Positions 6,998-14,673 of a stretch of DNA of 21,709 nt are shown here, piece after piece (the stretch's first letter is position 1; each line of letters begins with the position of its first letter). Made by a program: the position numbers and the translations under genes. This stretch comes from Candidatus Cryosericum sp. (GTDB lineage: Bacteria; Caldisericota; Caldisericia; Cryosericales; Cryosericaceae). Where the stretch lies: positions 1 to 21,709 of the forward strand of contig JBNAWM010000002.1 of NCBI GenBank assembly GCA_049699855.1, in the 5' to 3' direction. Under the pieces are notes generated by a model. It saw nothing but the letters and a program-made list of their open reading frames with translations, searched no databases and had not been told where the DNA came from.

Positions 6998-7691
6998 CAA
7001 GATTGTATCTGGGTATGGGCCCATCGATGTTTTGAACCATGTGTCCATAGGCCTGGATGAGGGGGAGATTGTAGCAGTGCTGGGAGCGAATGGCGCCGGG
7101 AAGACAACGCTCCTGCGGACAATTACTGGCCTCATCCATGTGCGCAAGGGCTCGGTGACGTTCGGTGACGAACTGCTGAATGGTCTGACGCCCGCCGAGA
7201 TTGTCAGAAAAGGGATTGCGCATGTCCCCGAAGGTCGGCACATTTTTCCCGATCTTAGCGTGGAACAGAACTTGCTGCTAGGCGCGTACAGCATGCCGCG
7301 CGCTGGGCAGAAAAGCAGGCTTGAGGCGATGTATGCCATGTTCGGTATTCTGGCTGAACGCCGCACTCAGGCCGGAGGAACACTCTCGGGTGGGGAACAG
7401 CAGATGCTGGCTCTCGCTCGCGGTCTGATGTCTAATCCGCGCTTGATACTGCTGGACGAGCCATCGCTGGGACTTGCCCCGAAGATCATCAGCAGTGTCT
7501 TTGAGACGCTGGCACAACTCCGCAGCTCAGGTGTGTCGATTCTGCTGGTTGAGCAGAATGCAAAGCGATCTCTCGAGCTTGCAGACAGGGCCTACATCCT
7601 TGTGACAGGCCAGGTGGCTTTGGAAGGTACTGCACAGGAGCTCAGCGGAAACGAGTTGGTGCAACAGCTTTATCTTGGAGGAACTCGATGA
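6984..7691 (+). CDS. livF: Branched-chain amino acid-type ABC transporter ATPase, LivF-like
   Basis: GANGAGKT, VPEGR, LSGGEQQM, LLDEPSLGLAP, VEQN. Confidence 0.92.
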   Translation: MLRVDKIVSGYGPIDVLNHVSIGLDEGEIVAVLGANGAGKTTLLRTITGLIHVRKGSVTFGDELLNGLTPAEIVRKGIAHVPEGRHIFPDLSVEQNLLLGAYSMPRAGQKSRLEAMYAMFGILAERRTQAGGTLSGGEQQMLALARGLMSNPRLILLDEPSLGLAPKIISSVFETLAQLRSSGVSILLVEQNAKRSLELADRAYILVTGQVALEGTAQELSGNELVQQLYLGGTR

Positions 7692-8566
7692 ATGCCAGTA
7701 TTCTGCTCAACCTTACATTGCGAGGACTTACAACAGGGGCTGTGTACGCGCTGGTTGGCATGGGCATAGTCCTGATCCTCCAGACAACCAACGTGATGAA
7801 CTTTGCTCAGGGTGACACGGGCATGTTCATTACCTATCTTGCCTTTTTCATGATTACGACGGCAAGGGTGCCGTATTCGCTGGTCCTGATATTGACGATC
7901 GCAGCTGGGGCTGTTGTCGGCTTGATTATCGAGCGTTTTCTGATGCGGTCGGTACGCTCCCGGTCGCACCTGTCACTGATCATGCTGACACTTGGAGTGT
8001 CGATGGTCTTTCAGGGACTTGCGGCATTTCTTTTCAACACTGAGCCACGGCTGTTTCCTCCGCTTGTGTCGGGGGACCCTGTTCAGCTGGGACCAGTCGT
8101 CCTGAGCAGGCAGGATATTGTTGTGCTCCTGGCGACCATCGTTGTCTTTGGAATTCTCTATCTCTTCTTGTATCGATCCAAACAGGGAGCAGCGGCGCGA
8201 AGCATATCACAGGACGAGTATGCCGCCCGGGTTCTGGGGATTCCTACGCCGTCGATCTACATGCTGGTCTGGGCTATCGGGAGTGCTCTTGCAGGTCTGG
8301 CTGCCCTGCTCACTGTTCCGCGTTTTTCTCTAGAACCATCATTCATGGGCCTCATCCAGGTAAAAGCATTTTCGGCTATTGTTCTCGGAGGGATGGATTC
8401 GGTGTTTGGAGCGGCGGTGGGAGGTCTCATTATTGGCGTCGTCGAGAATCTCGTCGCCTATCAATTCCCGGCCATCAAGGATAGTTTCATGTTGATCATC
8501 GTGGTCATCGTGCTGCTCGTTCTGCCCCAGGGCCTGTTTGGCAAACGGCAGCAGAGGAGGTTCTAG
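7688..8566 (+). CDS. livH: LIV-type ABC permease, LivH-like
   Basis: GAVYAL..G, MNFAQG, VLGG.DS..GA..GG motifs and multiple hydrophobic helices. ATGA overlap with livF. Confidence 0.9.
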   Translation: MNASILLNLTLRGLTTGAVYALVGMGIVLILQTTNVMNFAQGDTGMFITYLAFFMITTARVPYSLVLILTIAAGAVVGLIIERFLMRSVRSRSHLSLIMLTLGVSMVFQGLAAFLFNTEPRLFPPLVSGDPVQLGPVVLSRQDIVVLLATIVVFGILYLFLYRSKQGAAARSISQDEYAARVLGIPTPSIYMLVWAIGSALAGLAALLTVPRFSLEPSFMGLIQVKAFSAIVLGGMDSVFGAAVGGLIIGVVENLVAYQFPAIKDSFMLIIVVIVLLVLPQGLFGKRQQRRF

Positions 8567-9516
8567 TGGTTTCGTCGAAGAGCAGGCGGGCGGGTGTAAA
8601 CAGCGCATTGATTGCACTTGTCCTTCTGATGCCGCTGATCTTCCGGACGAAGTCGTCCATTATTGGCTATTTGAACATTGCCATGCTGTACGCCCTGGCA
8701 ACGCAGGGGCTCAACCTGCTCATGGGCTATGGGGGTCTTGTCTCACTCGGGCATGCCGCATTTATGGCTATTGGTGGCTACACGGCTGCTGTGCTGGTCA
8801 TGACGTATCACGTGAACATGTTCCTGGCGATTCTGGCGGGCGTGGCTGGCGCCGGTGTCTTTGGTCTGATCATTGGCTTTCCCTCTCTGCGTCTATCGGG
8901 ATTCTATCTCGCAGTCGCGACCATGGCACTGGGTAGTTCGACAGCCGATGTCATCGAGAGACTCAGCATCACTGGAGGGGATTACGGATTGTCCAACATC
9001 CCTTCACTGAGGCTCGGTCCGTGGACGCTTGCCTCTGATGCATCGCGCTACTATTTCTTCGTCGTTGTTCTTGCCCTTGTGTTTCTGGCCGTGCGCAATT
9101 TCCTGAACAGCAGGAGCGGGCGCGCCGTGCGTGCAGTTCGGGATTCAGAGATGACCGCCGCAGCCATGGGGGTCAACGTCGCGGCTTACAAGCTGATCAC
9201 TTTTGTCTTTGCCGCCTGTATTGCCGGGCTGTCCGGGGCCTTGTACGCCTTCACGATCTCGTACCTTCACCCGACGAATTTTGGGCTGACGTTTTCCATC
9301 GGGCTCCTTTCCATGAGTATCATAGGTGGTCTTGGAACCATTATTGGCCCGATTCTCGGAGCTCTTTTCTGGGTGCTGCTTCCCCTGATCATTGGTGGAA
9401 AACTGACCTATCTTGCAACAGTTGTCTTCGGTCTCAGCATCATCGGTTCTGTCGTGTTCTTGCCCAGAGGCCTGTCAGAGCTTGTAACGCGTCTGCAGGC
9501 CCGGCTAAAAATCTAA
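8566..9516 (+). CDS. livM: LIV-type ABC permease, LivM-like
   Basis: GLNLLMGYGGLVSLGHAAF, LRLSGFYLAVAT, GRAVRAVRDSE, IIGGLGT. GTG start overlaps the livH TAG. Confidence 0.9.
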   Translation: MVSSKSRRAGVNSALIALVLLMPLIFRTKSSIIGYLNIAMLYALATQGLNLLMGYGGLVSLGHAAFMAIGGYTAAVLVMTYHVNMFLAILAGVAGAGVFGLIIGFPSLRLSGFYLAVATMALGSSTADVIERLSITGGDYGLSNIPSLRLGPWTLASDASRYYFFVVVLALVFLAVRNFLNSRSGRAVRAVRDSEMTAAAMGVNVAAYKLITFVFAACIAGLSGALYAFTISYLHPTNFGLTFSIGLLSMSIIGGLGTIIGPILGALFWVLLPLIIGGKLTYLATVVFGLSIIGSVVFLPRGLSELVTRLQARLKI

Positions 9517-9534
9517 GGAGAAGGAGGACGTCAC

Positions 9535-10725
9535 ATGAATGTTGGTATTCTTGGCAGTTACAGTTCAAAGTGCGGCAAGCTGGAGGCAAAGAGCATCTAC
9601 GATCTCATCATCGAGGCTGGGAGAGGTGCGATAGCCGATGCCCAGATTGACCCCAGAGAGATCGACGGGGTGTGGGTCGGCAATTTCAATTCAGGCTCGT
9701 TCAACAACCAGGAGCACCTGGCCCCGTGGGCGGTTGAGATTGATCCAGCTCTGCTCTACAAGCCATGTGTGAAGGAGGAGGCTGCCTGCGCCTCGGGTTC
9801 TGCGGCTATCCGTGCGGCTCGTCTTGCCATTCAGGCAGGCGAAGCGCGGTTTGCACTTGTCATCGGCGTAGAAAAGATGACGTCGCTTGACAGGGATGGT
9901 GTCACGCGTGCTCTAGCCATGGCATCTTACTGGCCCGACGAGGGCGGCCAGGGCGTAAGTTTTCCAGCGCTGTTCGCAATGTGGTCAAAGAGTTATCGTG
10001 AGCACTATGGGTATACCGATGAGCAGATGGACCTGTGGCAGGGTATGGTGCATGCAAAGAATCGCGACAACGCGATGCACAATGAGCTTGCTCAGATGTA
10101 TGGCAAGCCAAGCAGCCTCGAATTCGCACTGCACGTTTCGGAGAAGAACCCCTTGATCGCTGACCCACTAAAGCTTACTGACTGCTCTCTGGTCAGCGAT
10201 GGAGCGGCTGCTCTTGTTCTCGGATCCGTCGAAGACGTGAAGGCCCTCAAACAGACGGTCGTCGAAATCAGTTCGCAAGTCCTTGTCAGCGATCACATGC
10301 AGTCCAGCAAACGTGAACTGTGGCACAACGTGGCAGGTCGCATGGCACTTGAGGCAGCCTACAAGAAGGCCGGCGTGACTGTTGCCGACATTGATTGCGC
10401 GGAGATCCATGACTGTTTCACGATTAATGAGCTTCTTACCTATGAAGCCATGGGATTGTGCCCGGAGGGAGAAGGAGGTCGGCTCATTGAGCGCGGCGGC
10501 GTTGTCCAGGCAGATGGCACGTGCCCCATCAATCTCAGTGGCGGTCTCATTGGAAAAGGACATCCGGTTGGAGCTTCAGGGACAGCCATGCACGTCTACG
10601 TTGCCAGGCAGCTCGAAGGTCGGCCACTCGGCCTTGGAACCAAAGACCCGGAGGTGGGAGCAGTCTTCAACGTAGGTGGTTCCAACGTAAGCAACTTTGC
10701 ATCCATACTCAAGCGAGTGAAATAG
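9535..10725 (+). CDS. Thiolase, SCP2/archaeal-type (acetyl-CoA C-acyltransferase family)
   Basis: EAACASG (nucleophilic Cys), GVEKM, DCSLVSDGAAA, EIHDCF, GHPVGASG and FNVGG, with no C-terminal CxG. RBS AAGGAGG. Confidence 0.9.
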   Translation: MNVGILGSYSSKCGKLEAKSIYDLIIEAGRGAIADAQIDPREIDGVWVGNFNSGSFNNQEHLAPWAVEIDPALLYKPCVKEEAACASGSAAIRAARLAIQAGEARFALVIGVEKMTSLDRDGVTRALAMASYWPDEGGQGVSFPALFAMWSKSYREHYGYTDEQMDLWQGMVHAKNRDNAMHNELAQMYGKPSSLEFALHVSEKNPLIADPLKLTDCSLVSDGAAALVLGSVEDVKALKQTVVEISSQVLVSDHMQSSKRELWHNVAGRMALEAAYKKAGVTVADIDCAEIHDCFTINELLTYEAMGLCPEGEGGRLIERGGVVQADGTCPINLSGGLIGKGHPVGASGTAMHVYVARQLEGRPLGLGTKDPEVGAVFNVGGSNVSNFASILKRVK

Positions 10726-10734
10726 GAGGAAACC

Positions 10735-11520
10735 ATGTCAAAGGAATACGGTCTGAAAGGCAAGGTTGTCATTGTCACTGGTGGAGCGGCAGGAATTGGC
10801 CGTGCCACTGCAAAGCGCTTCGCCGAGGAAGGAGCACGCGTTGCCATCTGGGACATGAACGCAGAGGCAGGTGCCGCGACGCTGGCCGAACTGAAACAGA
10901 TGGACATTGATGCAATGTTCCAGCAGGTGAACGTTGCGGATGCCGAGGCCGTCGAAAAGGCGGTCTCCGATATTGTGGCAGTGTGGGAGCATATCGATGT
11001 CCTGATCAACAACGCGGGAATCACGCGTGATGGTCAGTTGGTCAAATACAAGGACGGCGTTCTCGCGGGGACCATGACCGATGCCAACTTCGACGCAGTG
11101 ATCAATGTGAACCTCAAGGGGGTCTTTGTCGTCACGCGCGCTGTTGCTCCCCGCATGATCGACCAGCGGCACGGCGTCATTTTGAGCGCGAGCTCTGTCG
11201 TTGCGGCCTATGGTAACTTTGGTCAGACCAACTACGCCGCTACCAAGGCTGGACTCATCGCCATGACGAAGACGTGGTCACGCGAGTTGGGAAAATACGG
11301 TATCCGCGTGAACGCGGTTGCGCCCGGCTTTACAATGACAGATATGGTCGCCGCAATGCCCGAGAAAGTGCTGGAAGGCATGGTAGCTCATACGCCTGTG
11401 GGTCGCATGGGCGCTCCCGAGGATATTGCGAACGCATATGTATGGCTTGCCTCTGATCAGGCTGCATTTGTTCATGGCACCACGCTGGCTGTGGACGGGG
11501 GTCTTGTTCTGGGAACGTGA
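10735..11520 (+). CDS. Classical SDR, FabG/PhaB-like 3-oxoacyl-CoA reductase / 3-hydroxyacyl-CoA dehydrogenase
   Basis: TGGAAGIG, NNAGITRD, GNFGQTNYAATK (YxxxK), VAPGF. Asp at the end of beta-2 (AIWD). Confidence 0.9.
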   Translation: MSKEYGLKGKVVIVTGGAAGIGRATAKRFAEEGARVAIWDMNAEAGAATLAELKQMDIDAMFQQVNVADAEAVEKAVSDIVAVWEHIDVLINNAGITRDGQLVKYKDGVLAGTMTDANFDAVINVNLKGVFVVTRAVAPRMIDQRHGVILSASSVVAAYGNFGQTNYAATKAGLIAMTKTWSRELGKYGIRVNAVAPGFTMTDMVAAMPEKVLEGMVAHTPVGRMGAPEDIANAYVWLASDQAAFVHGTTLAVDGGLVLGT

Positions 11521-11582
11521 TCGAGGCTGTAGCCAGGAAAAACTTGACTGAGCGACGGCGAATTTGACTCTGGGAGGAACGC

Positions 11583-12881
11583 ATGCAGTCGGAATCGTGG
11601 ACAAACAAGCTTGTTTCAATGGAAGAGGCGGTCGGAAGAATCGAGTCCGATGATACCATTGTGGTCGGAATGGCAGCGGCACAGCCACAAGGCTTTCTGT
11701 CGTCGCTTCACGGCGTCCGCCAGGGCGTTCACAACGTCAAGGTGGTGTCATGTCTGCTGCTGAAGGATTATTCCTTTCTGGCTGGCGTGGGAACTGGCCC
11801 CGATGCTGTCTTTCGGGCAGAAAGCTGGTACTTTGGGACTCCCGAACGAGAGCTCTACAAGAAAGGACTCATTTCCTTCATTCCCAACAATCTGCACAAT
11901 GCAGGAAGAGAGAAGATTCAAGCCGAACATATCAACGTTTTCGTGGGTACCGCCACGCCTCCGGACAGCCACGGTTTCATGTCTCTGTCTCTGTCACTGG
12001 TGTACGAGAAGGAGATGATCGAATGCGCTGACCTTGTCATTCTGGAGATCAACGAGAACCTCCCCAGGACATTTGGAGATACCCAGATCCATGTCGATGA
12101 TGTTGACCTCCTCGTCAGGAATGATACATCCCTGCTGACGGTCCCCTCGATCGAGGCAAGTGAGGTGGAACAGCGTATAGGAGAGAATATTGCAGAGCTT
12201 ATCGATGATGGAGCAACCCTGCAGATTGGCATCGGCGGCATTCCCAACGCGATCATGAAGTTTCTTTCAGGCAAGAAGCATCTGGGCATTCATACGGAAA
12301 TGATCACCGATGGTATCGTGGATCTCGTGGAAGCTGGCATCATTGACAATACGCAGAAGACTCTGCACAAGGGAAAGATTGTCGGTACGTTTGCCATGGG
12401 CGGCCAGCGCCTCTACGATTTCATCGATCAGAACGTCAGCGTCGAGATTCTTCGAGGTGCCTACGTGAACGACCCCTATGTGGTGGCGCAGAACGATCAC
12501 ATGGTGAGCATCAACACGTCGCTCCAGGTGGACCTCACAGGGCAGGTATGCAGTGAATCCATTGGATACCGGCACTATACGGGAACGGGTGGACAGCTCG
12601 ATATGCACCGAGGCGCAACCTTGTCACGGGGAGGCAAAGGCATCATCGCGCTACGCTCGTCGGTAAAGAGTGATGAGATTTCGACCATTGTGCCGATGTT
12701 GAGCCCGGGCAGTTTCGTCTCTGTACCACGGCAAGACACAGACTGTGTCGTCACGGAATATGGCTTGGCGCATCTGAAAGGAAAGAGTGTGCATGAGCGC
12801 GCGCTTGCTCTCATCGCGATAGCGCACCCGAAGTTCAGGGAAAGCCTGATGTCGGAGGCAAAGAAGCTCGGCGTGCTATAG
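11583..12881 (+). CDS. Acetyl-CoA hydrolase/transferase family, 4-hydroxybutyrate CoA-transferase (AbfT/Cat2)-like
   Basis: TLQIGIGGIPNA, LGIHTEM (catalytic Glu), VDLTGQVCSE, GTGGQLD, VVTEYG.A.L.GK, IAIAHPKFR. Confidence 0.9.
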   Translation: MQSESWTNKLVSMEEAVGRIESDDTIVVGMAAAQPQGFLSSLHGVRQGVHNVKVVSCLLLKDYSFLAGVGTGPDAVFRAESWYFGTPERELYKKGLISFIPNNLHNAGREKIQAEHINVFVGTATPPDSHGFMSLSLSLVYEKEMIECADLVILEINENLPRTFGDTQIHVDDVDLLVRNDTSLLTVPSIEASEVEQRIGENIAELIDDGATLQIGIGGIPNAIMKFLSGKKHLGIHTEMITDGIVDLVEAGIIDNTQKTLHKGKIVGTFAMGGQRLYDFIDQNVSVEILRGAYVNDPYVVAQNDHMVSINTSLQVDLTGQVCSESIGYRHYTGTGGQLDMHRGATLSRGGKGIIALRSSVKSDEISTIVPMLSPGSFVSVPRQDTDCVVTEYGLAHLKGKSVHERALALIAIAHPKFRESLMSEAKKLGVL

Positions 12882-12934
12882 CAAGCCGGCAGCGACAAAG
12901 GGGGCGATATTGTCACCCCTCCTCCCCGCAGTAC

Positions 12935-12971
12935 GAGGATGGCGGCCCACCGGGCCGCCATCCTCCTTTCT
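12935..12971 (+). terminator. Terminator-like hairpin ending the operon
   Basis: Perfect 14-bp stem GAGGATGGCGGCCC (12935-12948)/GGGCCGCCATCCTC (12952-12965), 3-nt loop, followed by CTTTCT. Confidence 0.7.
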
Positions 12972-13042
12972 ATGCTGTTGTTGGAGTTCTCCATCGGTGC
13001 GCTATACTGAAAAACAATACATCTTAAATTGGGAGACAACGC

Positions 13043-13900
13043 GTGAACAAGGCAGTGATACTGGAAGGAGCGGCATTCGGTGCTCTTGTGGGAGGAGCCG
13101 CTGTTGAGGGATTTCTTCGTGAGCCATTTCAACTTGATGTAGAGCGGTTGTCGATAGTTTTGCCATCGCTGCCGCCTGAATTTGGCGGGCTGAAGGTGGC
13201 ACAGCTGTCAGATCTCCACATTCACAGCGTTTCGAGGGCATATCGCATGGCAGTCGATGTCATCCGCAAGGAACAGCCGAACCTTGTCGTCATTACGGGC
13301 GATCTGGTGGATCGTGCCGAGGAAACGTCGGCATGCATTGCATTCCTAAGCCAGCTGCGCGCTGCAACGAGAGCGCCAGTGATCGTCGTGCCCGGGAACT
13401 GGGATCATCGGGCTTTTCCGACGAAGCAGAGCATTGCTGCATGGCACAGGCGCCTGCAGGCCGAGACGGGGATTCGAGTTCTCGCAAATCAGAATGTCGT
13501 CCTGCATCGGCATGGAGGCCAGATATGGCTGGTTGGCACGGACGACCCGTACTTTGGGCATGCTGACCTGGATGCCAGCTTCAAGGGTGTCCCCGACAGC
13601 GCATTTGCGCTTGTGCTGACCCATGCTCCTGAGGCGTTCGAAGAACTGGCACAGCGCCCTGCCGCGCGGGTGGTCCTTGTAGGCCACACTCACGGAGGCC
13701 AGGTCCGCCTGCCATTCATTGGCGCGTTGCGGGTTCCCTCGCGATATGGCACACGCTTCGCGCAAGGGTTGTACAAGTTGGGCGACACGTTCTTCTACGT
13801 CAACGCCGGGATGGGCACGAGCCACCTTCCCGTGCGGTTCCTGTGCAGGCCGGAACTGACGTTCATTACGCTGTATAACAGGGCACGATCCCTGTCATAG
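13043..13900 (+). CDS. Calcineurin-like metallophosphoesterase (YkuE/YaeI-like)
   Basis: DLH, GDLVD, GNWD, THAP and GHTHGGQ motifs. GTG start after GGGAG. Confidence 0.88.
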   Translation: MNKAVILEGAAFGALVGGAAVEGFLREPFQLDVERLSIVLPSLPPEFGGLKVAQLSDLHIHSVSRAYRMAVDVIRKEQPNLVVITGDLVDRAEETSACIAFLSQLRAATRAPVIVVPGNWDHRAFPTKQSIAAWHRRLQAETGIRVLANQNVVLHRHGGQIWLVGTDDPYFGHADLDASFKGVPDSAFALVLTHAPEAFEELAQRPAARVVLVGHTHGGQVRLPFIGALRVPSRYGTRFAQGLYKLGDTFFYVNAGMGTSHLPVRFLCRPELTFITLYNRARSLS

Positions 13901-13903
13901 GCA

Positions 13904-14362
13904 TTATCGCTTCTGCAAAGATCGCTCGTCCAGGATGAACTCTGTCTGATATCCGAAGCTGTTAGCGACTTCTACTGCGAAGTCTTTGACTTCATTCCAG
14001 TTGAACTTGTAGGTATATTCTTTTCCAAATAGGGCAGATTGTTCTTCTATTGTCCCCCTTCTAGTGCCATTCCTGGTGTTGTATTTCTCTACCTTGAATC
14101 CAAATCCGGGCGTGGAAAGAACCTCATCATCTCCACTTCCAGTGGTTAAGCCAGAACCTCGCTCATCCAGGATTTCAAAGAAATAGACCTTCATTTCAAC
14201 ATCATTGATCTTGATCCTGCACCTGTAGGCCAGAACCTTCTTCGACAGGAACGTCTTTCCCTCGCCTATGATACTGTTGAATAGGAGACTTCCGTCTCTC
14301 TGCTCCAAGAAGTTGCCAGAAAAACTGAACCTCCTGCCAAGAAATTGTTCCTTTATTCCCAT
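13904..14362 (-). CDS. Hypothetical protein (152 aa)
   Basis: Open frame with protein-like composition. ATG 14362 follows AAAGGGG; an alternative start is at 14386. No motif recognised. Confidence 0.7.
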   Translation of the reverse strand: MGIKEQFLGRRFSFSGNFLEQRDGSLLFNSIIGEGKTFLSKKVLAYRCRIKINDVEMKVYFFEILDERGSGLTTGSGDDEVLSTPGFGFKVEKYNTRNGTRRGTIEEQSALFGKEYTYKFNWNEVKDFAVEVANSFGYQTEFILDERSLQKR

Positions 14363-14673
14363 GGAGCACCCCTTTGCCAGTTTCATTAGTAGTCACAATA
14401 TTGCGGCTTCATTCAACAGGGATCCCGTCACGAGAGAGATAATGTCTTGTGAGCTGTTTGGAGACATTTCACTACGAGGTTGGCGCAGAGATACGATGCT
14501 GGGTAATCTTGAAAATGGTGATCTTTGAAATTGGTAACGCTGGCTGTCTGCTTGCTGACCTGATAGCAGAGTGGCCATCTGTGCAGTAGAGCGTGCCTAT
14601 GATTTTATCGGTTTCTGCATGCCTGCGTGCACTCTTGCCTGCGATGAATCTTTGCAGCACGCAGAGAGCAACC

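Noticed and set aside
4592..9516. Calling the transporter a true branched-chain amino acid importer
   Set aside because: The family assignment is clear, but LIV-type systems carry many substrates and the context has no amino-acid catabolic genes. Substrate is left open.
419..11520. Interpretation as a type II fatty-acid or polyketide biosynthesis cluster
   Set aside because: There is no ACP, FabD, FabF or dehydratase. The KAS III proteins lack His/Asn, the SDR looks NAD-type, and an importer is present.
14393..14578. 61-aa minus-strand ORF upstream of the hypothetical gene
   Set aside because: No clear RBS and no recognisable motif, so it cannot be supported.
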